Source of the DNA: Azolla caroliniana
Lineage: Eukaryota > Plantae > Polypodiophyta
Assembly (NCBI GenBank): GCA_043228905.1
Contig: JBHGNT010000006.1
Span: 18,290,001 to 18,354,000, forward strand
Direction of reading: 5' to 3'
Length of the DNA: 64,000 nt
Shown here: positions 36,099-47,022 of the stretch, piece after piece
Numbering within the stretch: the stretch's first letter is position 1
How the letters are laid out: the number at the start of each line of letters is the position of its first letter
Translations under genes and position numbers: made by a program
Notes under the pieces: generated by a model
The model's input: only the letters and a program-made list of their open reading frames with translations
The model's database searches: none
What the model was told of the DNA's origin: nothing

Positions 36099-39000
36099 GG
36101 AACCTGATTGTGGCTCAAGCTCAAAAACAGAACACATTGTATGTAATGCATACAAAATTGTGTCGTGATGAATCAAATGTAGTGGATGACTCAGATGGTG
36201 TATTGTGGCATAAAAGGCTCGGGCACATGAGCGAAAGGGGAATGCACATCCTTGCTGAAAAGGATTTTCTACCAGAGGTGAAAGGAATACACCATGAAAA
36301 GTGTGTGGACTGCTTGGCTGGAAAGCAGAATAGAACAACCTTTCACTCTAGGCCTCCAATGAGAAGAGAGCATGCCTTAGAACTGGTTCACACTGATGTG
36401 TGTTATGTGGATGCCTCATCACACCATGGTGGACAATACTTTGTCACATTTATTGATGACTTCAATAGAAAGTTGTGGGCTTTTGTGTTGGTGTCTAAAG
36501 ACCAAGTGTTGTCGGTCTTTCAAGAGTTTCATGGAAGGGCAGAAAGAGAATCTGGACAGAAGTTGAGAGTTATCCGAACAGATAATGGTGGTGAGTATAG
36601 AGGCCAATTTGAGATGTATTGCAAGACTCAAGGCATCAAACTTGAGTATACAGTGCCAAAGACACCTGAGCTGAATGGTCTACCAGAAAGAATGAATCGA
36701 ACCATAATGGAGAGGGTAAGAAACATGTTGGCTCATGCAAAATTGCCAAAGTTGTATTGGGTTGAGGCAATGTTGACAACCGTCTACCTTATAAACAGGT
36801 CCCCATCAGTGCCTCTAAAGGGGGATGTCCCACAGAGGGTGTGGACAGGAAGGAGTGTGTCCTATCAAGATTTAAGGGTGTCTGGATTCTTGGCATATGT
36901 GCATATTGCTAAAGACCAGAGGTCAAAGCTAGACCGCAAGTCCCACGCTTGAATATTCTTGGGGTACTTAGAAGATGAGTTCGGGTACAGGATGTAGGAT
37001 CTCCTTGATAAGAAGGTGATAAGAAGTCGTGATGTCATATTCATGGAAGACAGGTCAATCGAAGACTGGAAACAACAAAGACCAGAGTCATCTTCCCAGT
37101 CAACTATTGTTATGAAGTCGGCACCCATCGATCCCACCACCACACAACTAGTCGGCAAACAACAGTCGCCTAATGAAGCCGAATCTAAGTCGGCCGACAC
37201 ACAATACCAAACTGATGCACACAAATCTGAGTCAGAAGATGAGCTGGAAGAAGAAACCAAATCTGAGTCGGTTATTGAAGGAAGAAGATATCCAATAAGA
37301 ATGCTATGAAGAGGCTATGACTGATGTACATAAGGAGAAGTGGTATAATGTCATGCAAGAGGAAATGGATTCCTTGCATGAGAACCACACCTATGACCTA
37401 ATGGAGCTGCTTGATGGAAAGAAGGCACTCAGAAACAAATGGGTCTACAAATTAAACACTGGAGAAGATGGAAGCACACCTAGGTATAAGGCCCATATTG
37501 TAGTGAAAGGTTTCCAACAGAAAAGGGGTGTTGATTTTGATGAGATTTTTGCTCCAATAGTGAAGATGACCTCCATCCGGACTGTCTTGAGTATGGATGC
37601 CAGTATGAATCTGGAAATTGAACAGTTGGATGTTAAAACAACATTCTTGCATGGTGAGTTGGAAGAGGAAATCTATATGCAACAGCCGGAGGGCTTTGAG
37701 GTGAAAGGAAAAGAAAATCTTGTATGTAGGTTGAGGAAGAGCTTGTATGGACTGAAACAAGCTCCTTGACAATGGTATAAGAAGTTTGAGTCCTTCATGT
37801 TGGAACACAGATTCCACAAAACACAAGCCAATCATTATGTATTTGTGAAGAGGTATGATGAAGGTGATTTCCTTATTCTTTGGTTGTATGTGGATGATAT
37901 GCTAGTTGTTGGACCGAATGCTAAAAAGATTGCAAGCTTGAAGAAAGCTTTGACCAAATCTTTTGCCATGAAAGACTTAGGACCAGGAAAACAAATTTTG
38001 GGAATGCATATAGTCCGGGACAGGACTAAAAACATGTTATGGCTATCACAAGAGAAATATGTAACAAAGGTTTTGCAAAGGTTTAATATGTATAATGTAA
38101 AATCTGTTGGATTTCCATTGTCGGTGAAAACTGAGAAAGATAAGGCAGAGATGAGGAGGGTGTCGTATGCCTCGGTTATCGAGAGCCTAATGTATGTTAT
38201 GGTTTGTATGACGCCGGACATTGCATTCATTTTTGGGACAGTTAGTCGCTACATGAATAATCTTGGAAAGAAGCATTGGGCTACCGTAAAATGGATACTC
38301 AGATACCTCAAAGGACTTCTAGAGTATGCCTTAGATATGGCTCCGGAAAACCTACACTCGAAGGTTTCACAGATTCTGACATGTCAGGTGATGTAGCTTC
38401 CAGCCGATTCACATCAAGGTATGTGATGAATTATTCAAGGGGAGTTGTGTCATGGCAATCAAGATTGCAGAAGGCTATGGCTTTATCAACCACGGAGGCT
38501 TGAGTATATGGCTGCAGTGGAAGCCGGAAAAGAATTAATTTGGATGAGAGATTTTCTAAGTGAACTAGGAATGAAACAAGAAAAGTTTTTACTTTACTAT
38601 GATAATCAGAGTGTTATCCATCTTGCCAAGAATGCTACCTATCACTCTTGTACAAAGCATATTCAAAGAAGGTATCATTGTTTGCGAGAGAGAGTGGAAG
38701 AAAATGAGTCTGCCTTAACGAAGATCCATACTGACGAAAATGGATCTTCTCTATGGAAAAACTAGTTGCATGGTGACGAAGGATTGGTTTGGTTGACTCT
38801 CCCCCTACCGGCGTGAAGGGGGAGTTTGTTATGTAAGATTGTCCCTCCTTATGGGGAAGTTGGCTAAAAAGCCGAAACAAGAGTCGACTGGCCGAAATCG
38901 GTTGAAAAGATGAAACGAGAGTTGGTTGGCCGAAATTGACCGAAAAGCCGAAATGGGATTCGGTTGAATGGAAGTCGGCGGAATAGGAGTTCGAACGAAT

Positions 39001-40183
39001 ATATACATATACATATATATATATATATATATTCATATATGTATCTGTGAGATACAAAGTTAGTATAGAGAGAGAGAGTAGTATTAGCGACACATGTATG
39101 TGGGATAACTCACTGAAGTGTATAGTTGCGAGACAAGCGCACATGAGAGTTATCTTTGGGTATAGAGCAGGAGTGTGTGAACGCGTTGAAAGGGAAAAGC
39201 AACTAAGAGCTAAGACGGTAGCGGTTGTGCGAGTGACATAGCTCAGTTGCTGAGTGTGAGAGGAAAGAAAGAAGAGTGTAATTGAGAAGGAAGACAGACA
39301 GAACAGAGAAGCTTTCGAAGCTTCAAAAGAGATAGATACTTACGAATTAGGGTTGGGTGCACTCGGCTGAAACTGTGGTTTCAGATAACAACCTGAGAGT
39401 ACATCCATACCAAATTAGGTTCTATCATTGTACACTTGTATTTCTTTTTGTCTCATAGTGGAAATTTCTGTTCCCCGTGGTTTTTCCTTGAAATCAGGGT
39501 TTTCCACGTAAATCGTGTGTTGCTTGTTTTTCATTTATTGTGTCTCAGTATATCAATGGTTTACGTCTGAGTGTAAAATCTATCATTTTTTTCTCCGCAG
39601 CAAGGGTTACTACCCTAGTTGGTGGAAGTGGAAACCATGAGCAACGAATTTTGAAAAGAGATCAAATGTAGATACATACATAGCACAATTTTTGTGAGAC
39701 ACACTTGAGAATACAGTCTAGTGCTGATGGGGGTGCATTCATTTGCTTCCACATGTCTAAATGAGTGGATGGGTTAGACCTAATGCTATAGTAGTGCGTA
39801 ATGAGTTAGTTTGCCATTCTATGGATTTGAGTTAATTAATGGTAATGCTAATGAGTTGCTTCTTATCTTGGGGATTGTGTGGATTGAGCAATGGATAAAA
39901 AAATGCGGATCTTTTACACATATTGATTTTACGGATAAAATCCACAAACAAACACAGCATGATATCTATACGCTGCCCGGCCCAGCTAAGAAAAACTTGT
40001 ATTGTAATGCACTTGGAATTAAAGATTAATGGATGAGAGGAATCATCCATTCATATAGATCCAGTAGCTATACAAGACAAGAGTAGCTTAGCGTACTTAA
40101 CAAACATGAGTTTGAAAGTCACACAAAACCTTTATTTCGAGGGAAAGAAAAACTTAAGCATGAAACAGTCTGTGGAGATGTGT

Positions 40184-40189
40184 TTTATT
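40184..40189 (-). terminator. Candidate polyadenylation signal AATAAA (second copy at 40131-40136)
   Basis: TTTATT on the plus strand about 77 bp past the stop codon. Confidence 0.45.
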
Positions 40190-40265
40190 TGGGTTGTCGT
40201 AGAGACCACGACAGTTTTGCATAGATATTTTGGGATGGGATGGGGCTAAATTATGATTAACTTAG

Positions 40266-40652
40266 TTAATTCACATCCTTGCAACTGCCGCAGTAGTTGA
40301 GGGTAGTCTCACAGTTGTCGAAGGCATGGCTACCGCAGCGGCCACATGGCTGGTCGGTGTAGATGTGCAAGAAGAGCTGCTTGAGCTGGGCGCCCGTCTT
40401 CGATTCGTAGCTGCCATCGCATCGGTAGATGGCAGTGCAGTGGCCGGCCACTCGAGATGTGTACTGCGAGTACACGGTGCCATCGTCGTAGCGGTTGATC
40501 GCGGCCGTGCAGTCCGACTTGCTCACCTGAGAGCTGCACAATGCGGAGCCCGAGCAGTTGTCGGAGTACGACTCCACCTCCATAACTGCCAACATCCCAA
40601 TGGCCACCACCAGCATGACAAGCAAGCCCACATGAGATCTTCCCCCCTCCAT
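40266..40652 (-). CDS. Secreted cysteine-rich KP4 killer-toxin-like protein (128 aa)
   Basis: Hydrophobic signal peptide ending VES|Y; 100-aa mature part with 10 Cys; NCSGSALC, CGRCGS and TLNY match KP4 NCRGSSQC, CRVCGS and TVNY; good start context AGAATGG; GC-rich, no intron. Confidence 0.85.
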   Translation of the reverse strand: MEGGRSHVGLLVMLVVAIGMLAVMEVESYSDNCSGSALCSSQVSKSDCTAAINRYDDGTVYSQYTSRVAGHCTAIYRCDGSYESKTGAQLKQLFLHIYTDQPCGRCGSHAFDNCETTLNYCGSCKDVN

Positions 40653-40762
40653 TCTCTTAACAATCTTCTCTCCTTAACTTTAGTAGCTCCCTATTTTGAT
40701 TGATTGATTGGTTGGTTATGTCACAAGAAGCAGATGGGTATGCAGAAGCTTCTGCCTCCACC

Positions 40763-40773
40763 TATATATATAT
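40763..40773 (-). promoter_or_regulatory. Candidate TATA box of the KP4-like gene
   Basis: TATATATA run about 110 bp upstream of the ATG. Confidence 0.55.
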
Positions 40774-42012
40774 GTGCGTGTGTGTGTGTATGCACATTGA
40801 ATGAATAAAAGATTATACATACATACATACATGCATACCTACGTGATGATGCAGTAGCAATGAAGGAAGTAGGAGGCGTGAGAATGCGGAACTCAAATTC
40901 ATGCTGCACTGGATGATGATTGATGATTGATGATTGATGATGACTGTATTTTATCATATGATATTGATGGATCTGAGGGAACGTGCCTTTCTTGTGTAGT
41001 TTGTGTGAGCCCCACAAGCACAACGGAGGAAGGGAAACCAGAGTTTGGAGTTAGAGTTGGAGTTGGATGGATACATGGGGGCCTCCATGACTTTTAAGTT
41101 GGAGCATACATGTGTCTCTACAACCTCGCTCACACCTTCACTACCAATCTACCTCACACCTCTCCCATTCCCCTCTATCATCACTCTAGGGTTATAGATA
41201 TATCCATTGAAATTTCACACACACACACACACACATGCACACACTCACACCCACAATGTTCTCGCAGAGTAAACCACGCCACGCCATTCATGACATCACG
41301 ACTTCTTCATGTCATTTCCTCATTAATCACACAATTCAAATGTGCTTCGTTTATTTGTTTTGGCTAAGTCTACTTACATTTGTAGGCTTATGTGTATTAT
41401 GACTTGCAAGAGGAAATGCTCCCTTTGTATATACACATGGACACCCGATGATTCTAAGACGAACTTGAATTGCTCTCCACGTGGAATTGCAACATTCCAC
41501 GATACCCTTGCAGTCAAAGCATTTGAGAACATTTTGCTTTACATTCATTATGTTTGTGTTTTCGATAGTGGGCATCTACAAATTATTATTAATGTCATTA
41601 ATAATTTGTTGATTTGAAAACTTTGTGATCAAGATCAAACACACAGCCTCACACTTACAATTTGGAAAAAACGCAAGCTTACTCTTGGAAATTCTAATAT
41701 ATTTATTAAGAAGTTATGTGGTAGAAACGAATATAGCACATCCAATAATCTAATCAACAAAACTCCTTAATAAAGAGATATCACTACAAATTTAGAGGGC
41801 ATTTTGTTCAGAAAATATACAAACTATGCCTAAGCTTTTATGAAACTCCCCAGAATACTTCTTCCCTACCTTTTGTTTCTCTCTCTACGTGGGCGCCTAT
41901 AAATACAAAGAGATATTATCAATTAGACTTAGTGACACCACATGAGAGCAAAAAGTCGTAAAGGAGTTTGGAAAGAGCGTTTGTGCAAATTCTACGGAGA
42001 CAATGAAATATA

Positions 42013-42596
42013 CTATGTCGTTGGAAACGTAACTATAACAGCTTAAGGAAGGCACGACATAAATGAGGGACATCTTTCAAGGACATTATGTGAAAAAAAC
42101 CTTTAATTCCTGTAAGTTGGAGGCCCTAAGGTGGTTTGGTAGAAAAATATAAAAATCTTCGTGCTTTGTCATGCTTATGTCAAACTTCGTGTCCTTATAA
42201 ATTGTATCTGGCTTGGACATTGTCTAATCAACCTCTTTAGAGGTTGACGGACCCCTCCCTTTTTTTGTGTCCAATGTAATGCTAATACATTCACACCAAT
42301 TTGCATGGCATTTGTGTCCACCACACCAGAAAACATCAATCAATTGATGGAGTTGTGTGATATCACTCTGCCAAGGATCCAAACGGTTGAATGGTAGGGC
42401 TTTTCGTAATATGGCATCAATTAACAATTTGCCTGAGCAGTCCAAGATTTTGTGTGGGGGAGGGGAGTATGGGGTGGTGAAGAAGTGTGGGGAGATGGGG
42501 CTGGAGGTGGTGTGAGATGTTTCATGACGGTAGAATGGTGTTGGTGATATGGGGGCGTTGTCAAGGTGGGATGAAGCAAGTGTGTGAGGATGGTGT
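42013..42596 (+). repeat. Unclassified dispersed repeat R, copy 2
   Basis: Direct homolog of 20946-21353; may extend to 42743 where K begins. Confidence 0.88.
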
Positions 42597-42743
42597 TGGG
42601 AATCATGTGGTGGGAGGTGTCGGGTGGGGTTTTCTTCAAACATGGGGTGGGGAGGATTGGGGATGTTATACTTGCTAAGTGGGTGATTACAATCGAAGCG
42701 ACTGCGTCGAGGGATGTGGCCTTTAGTCGTGTTTGGGGATTTG

Positions 42744-45700
42744 TGTTAGAATATTATTAATGTAAGCAATAATATTTAGAATATTATAATTATATTAGAG
42801 GGCACTTTACCATGAATCAAGAATCGTGAGGGCTCACATGTAACCATTCATTCCAAGAACAGTGAAGGTTCACATGTAACTATTTTTCAAGATTGTACGT
42901 AGTATATATACCATCATTAAGAATCATCATGAGTTAGGGCGTGTATACAAATCAAATTTTTGCTATCTCTAAATTACTTACATGGTATAAGAGCCAAAAC
43001 AATCCTAGACATCCATCTCTCTCCTTGCATACTCTACAGGTCGATCTAGAACATCTGTAGAACTGGCTTCAAGCGAAGGAACCTCAACAACCTCAACAAC
43101 AACATTAGCAATACCTATGACAAGAACGTACTTAGTTGAAAACTTAAATGCAAACAACTATAGGATATGGAAATTAAAGATGGAACTCATCTTACAAGTA
43201 ATGGACTTGCTTGGAATAATGAAAGGTGCAATCGAGCAACCAACCACAAAACCTGAAATAGCAAAATGGAAGATGAAAGATCTACATGCAAAGACTGAAA
43301 TCATCATGCATCTAACTGACACACAAGTCGATCTCATCAAACACCTCGAGTCATCTAAAGAAATACATGGGATCTCCATAAAGGACTGTTGAGCAACAAG
43401 CTCAACCGGAGCCGGATTGGCTGAATAAGCTTGAGCCGGTAAGCGAGATGAATCGGTATGCCGGTGAGCAACCGAGCCGGTAAGCAGTAAGGACCGGTGA
43501 GTTGGGGAGCCGGTATGCCGGATCCAATCCATAACCGGAAGCCTAGTATAGGTTAGACTACTAGGCAGTTATAGTCTCGTAGTTAGTGTCAGATGCTCGT
43601 GTGAGCATTGAAGTACACTGTACTTCTAACAGTCCCGTGTGGACTTGTATAAATAGCGCTGATGAGCGCATTGTAGATATAGAGCACAGAGTATTCATAT
43701 AACTTTGGAAAATAGTGTCCTACCCTCTCTCTCTCTCTCTCTCTCTCTCCCGCGTACTCTCTCTCTCTCTCTCTTTGTGTATTGTTCTTTCTTAACGCTT
43801 CCACAAGCAATCTTTTACATGGTATCAGAGTGCGTGGGTTGAGAACCTCTGTTGCAGACATCTACGCTTGTGAAGGAAACCCGAACAGATCGGAAAGTAG
43901 ACACAAAAGGAGAAATGGACAGAGGTATGGCTACGTCGCTCCCGGTGGAGAAGCTCGACAGAACCAACTACGCATCTTGGTCATACAAGATGCACCAGTA
44001 CCTGCTCGGGCATCGCTACTGGAGTTATGTCGACAGAGTGAACGACTCAGCACCGAAGACGACACACAAGGACTTCCCAATGTGGGAACAGGCGGCAAGC
44101 AGGGTGATGTAATGCTTCGTGTCCAGTGTCGGTGACTAGCTGCTCAGCCATATCTGTGACGCCAAGACACCGACGGATGCTTGGGGAAACTTGAAAAAGT
44201 TCTTCGCCGCAAGCACCACTGCCCGGAAGCTGCAACTCAAACAGGAGTTGAGCAATGTTCAACAGAAGAACATGTCGGTGGCAGATTACACAGCCCGGAT
44301 CAAAGGGATCTGTGACTCGCTTGCCTCTATTAACGTCACCATAGAGGAAGACGAGATGGTGCAGGTCTGTCTCGGAGGCCTGGCCTCCACGTTCGGAGCT
44401 TTCCGGACTGCGATTTGTACAAGGGAGAATACACCCTCATTTTTCGACTTGCAGTCGATGCTCCTTGTAGAGGAGAACCACGCCGGTGCATATACCAGTG
44501 CATCCCTAGACAACCGGATGCTGTACATGGGAGCGGATCGGTCTCGCAGGCATGGTGGACAAGGCAGGTCGGCACGCAATGGAGGCAGCCGGCAAGAGCA
44601 GGAACGAAGGCACAGTGAGCGTGCCTACAGCAGTTCCGGGACTTCCACAAGCAGAGGGAGTCAAGGTGGTGCCGGAGGCCGGCAAGATAAATCCGGTACG
44701 GAATGCTGGTACTGCAGCAAAAAGGGCCACAGGGAAAGCGAGTGCTGGAGAAAGCATGCCGATTCGGACAAATCCGGATCCGGCAAGACCGGTAGGGAAG
44801 GCCGGCAAAGCTCGCACTACGCAAACGGATCGGGAGGATCCAAGAACGGTAAGGGGCCAGCCTTGGTGATGAAGCACAAGGCAAACTCAATGAAGAAGAC
44901 CACTTCCAAATCGGAGGAAGTGTGGTACGTTGACTCCGGCACATCAAACCACATGACGAGCCACGGGGAGTGGTTCTCCTTTCTGGAGAAGCCGGATCAA
45001 CCGGGAGTTGTTGAAACCGGAGACGACACTCCCCACCCGATCGTGCACGTCGGAGAAGTCCCTTTGAGCCACGTCGGACAGAGGGGGAAATTGATGAATG
45101 TATTACATGTTCCAACGATCACAAAGAACCTGGTGTCGGTCGGACAAATCGTCGACCAGGGGATGCAAGTGCGGTTTACGCACCTCGGGTGCTTCATTGA
45201 GGATGAGGGCGAAGTTATTGCGCAAGGGCGCAGAGATGGGAGGATGTTTATCCTCAACACCAATGATGTCGGCACCACATTGTTCGCCAAAGGACAGAAG
45301 GTCAAGTCGGATATCGACCTGTGGCACAAGCGGATCGGCCACGTCAACTACCAGAGGCTTCAAGACCTGCAAACGGAACAAGTCATTTTCGGTTTGCCGA
45401 AGTTTAGCGGCCAGAGAGCCCAGATTTGTGAAACCTGCCAACTCGGGAAGCAACACCAGCTTCCATTCCCCACCGAAAGAAATCGAAGCCGTAACAAGCT
45501 GGATCTTATCCATTCGAATGTGTGGGGACTGGCACAAAATGTTAGCATTGGCGGGAGTCAATATTTCGTCTCCTTCATCAACGACTACACGTGGCATACG
45601 TGGATCTACCTCATTGAGCGGAAGAGCGAAGTCTTCGAGTGTTTCCGGAGTCTCCAGAAGATGGTGGAACGGGAATCGGAGAGTAAGATCAAATGCCTAC

Positions 45701-46753
45701 GGTCGGATGGCGGAAAAGAGTACTTTTCCGGCCAATTCAACAACTATCTGCAAAAACAAAAAGGAATTCGGTGAGAATTGAGCTGCAGATACACACTGCA
45801 ACAAAACGGTGTGGCCGAAAGGAAGAATCGGTCGCTGATTGATGCAGCTAGGGCAATGCTGGAGGAAAAGAGCATGCCCAAGTTCTACTGGGCGGAGGCG
45901 GTCCAAACGACCGTTTACATCTAGAACCGGATCGGGGACAAGGTGTCAGCTCACGAGCTGTATTTCGGGCGCAAGCCGAATTTGAGACACCTCCGGATAT
46001 TCGGCAGCATAGCCTATGTACATAGCCGAAAATCGAATCGGAGGATACCGATTCGGACAAGAGTTGGAACGAGTCGGAGACAGCCCATTCGGATCAACAG
46101 ACGGATCCGGATGAGTCAGATCAATGAGAGGCCAAGGAGACATGGACGCAGCGAAAGTCGATGCCATCGTGGTGGAACCGACGGATTGGCAAGCACCGGA
46201 GTCATAGCAGCGAAGGAGCTAAGATGGGCCTATTGAGCAGACATGCTGAAGGTCGAGGCGCGCAGAACCAAAGGGGTCGCGGCAAACAGGACCGGACCGA
46301 ACAACGAGCGCGAGCAAGGCGAAGCGACGCCAGGAGAAGTCGGTTGGAAGAACCGGCTGCCACAGAGGTTGACACTACGACCCTACCTCAGGTTGAGCTT
46401 GAGGGGGAGTGTTGACCGGCAAGCTCAACCAGAGCCGGATCGGCTGAATAAGCCGGAGCCGGTAAGCGAGATGAATCGGTATGCTGGTGAGCAACCAAGC
46501 CGGTAAGCAGTAAGGACCGGTGAGCTAGGGAGCCGGTATGCTGGATCCAATCCGTAACTGGAAGCCTAGTATAGGTTAGACTACTAGGCAGTTATAGTTT
46601 CGTAGTTAGTGTCAGATGCTCGTGTGAGCATTGACGTACACCGTACTTCTAACAATCCCATGTGGACTTGTATAAATAGCGCTGATGAGCGCGTTGTAGA
46701 TATAGAGAACAAAGTATTCATATAACTTTGGAAAATAGTGTGTCCTGCCCTCT

Positions 46754-46784
<31 letters not shown>

Positions 46785-47022
46785 CCACGTACACACTCTC
46801 TCTCTCTTTGTGTATTGTTCTTTCTAAACGCTTCCGCAAGCAATCTTTTACAAGGACACCATGAACCATCAGACCGAACCACAAAAGTCCTTTCATTTCA
46901 TTACCTCGTCACTTTGGAAATGAAAGAAGATGACTCACTTGATGCCTTCATAAGCAAATATCAATCTACATATGCTAGAGCAATATCAACGGGCAATAAG
47001 ATTTATGAAGAAATGAAGGTAG
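42744..47022 (+). mobile_element. 5' part of old copia K (LTR 42744-42982, PBS 42983-42995, gag), interrupted by L and then H
   Basis: TGTTAGAA...TTACA then TGGTATAAGAGCC; gag LNANNYRIWKLKMELIL resumes after L as ...LVTLEMKEDDSLDAFI. Confidence 0.8.
43387..46852 (+). mobile_element. Family-B copia L, 3.47 kb, TSD AGGAC, LTRs 43387-43819 and 46410-46852, lacking RT and RNase H
   Basis: AGGAC at 43382-43386 and 46853-46857; PBS TGGTATCAGAG 43820-43830; gag, CWYCSKKGHRESEC, YVDSGTS, integrase up to IFGSIAYVH, then noncoding DNA and PPT. Confidence 0.93.

Larger units (their letters stand above)
29557..38816 (+). pseudogene. Copia G gag-pol (29557-30738 and 36104-38816), degenerate
   Basis: LNSQNYSDWKIKMED, CFDCGKLGHFQKNC, WVVDSGAS; frame ...TFCKGN|LIVAQA... 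continues across F; integrase, YVDDM, RNase H with stops. Confidence 0.92.
21942..39585 (+). mobile_element. Copia G with TSD TTTTT; 5' LTR 21942-29530 split by J; pol split by F; 3' LTR 38827-39585
   Basis: Both LTRs begin TGTTATGTAAGATTGTCCCTCC and end GTGTAAAATCT(G/A)TCA; PBS TGGTACCAGAGC 29534-29545; PPT ~38813-38826. Confidence 0.93.

Noticed and set aside
40326-40703. 125-aa plus-strand ORF overlapping the KP4-like gene
   Set aside because: Antisense shadow; the signal peptide, Cys pattern, TATA and poly(A) signal all support the minus strand
40690-41250. (ATTG)n, (TG)n, (CATA)n, (GAT)n and (CA)n tracts
   Set aside because: Ordinary short microsatellites in a promoter region
42224-42643. 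139-aa Pro/His-rich ORF in repeat R
   Set aside because: Low complexity, no recognisable domain, and partly deleted in the other copy
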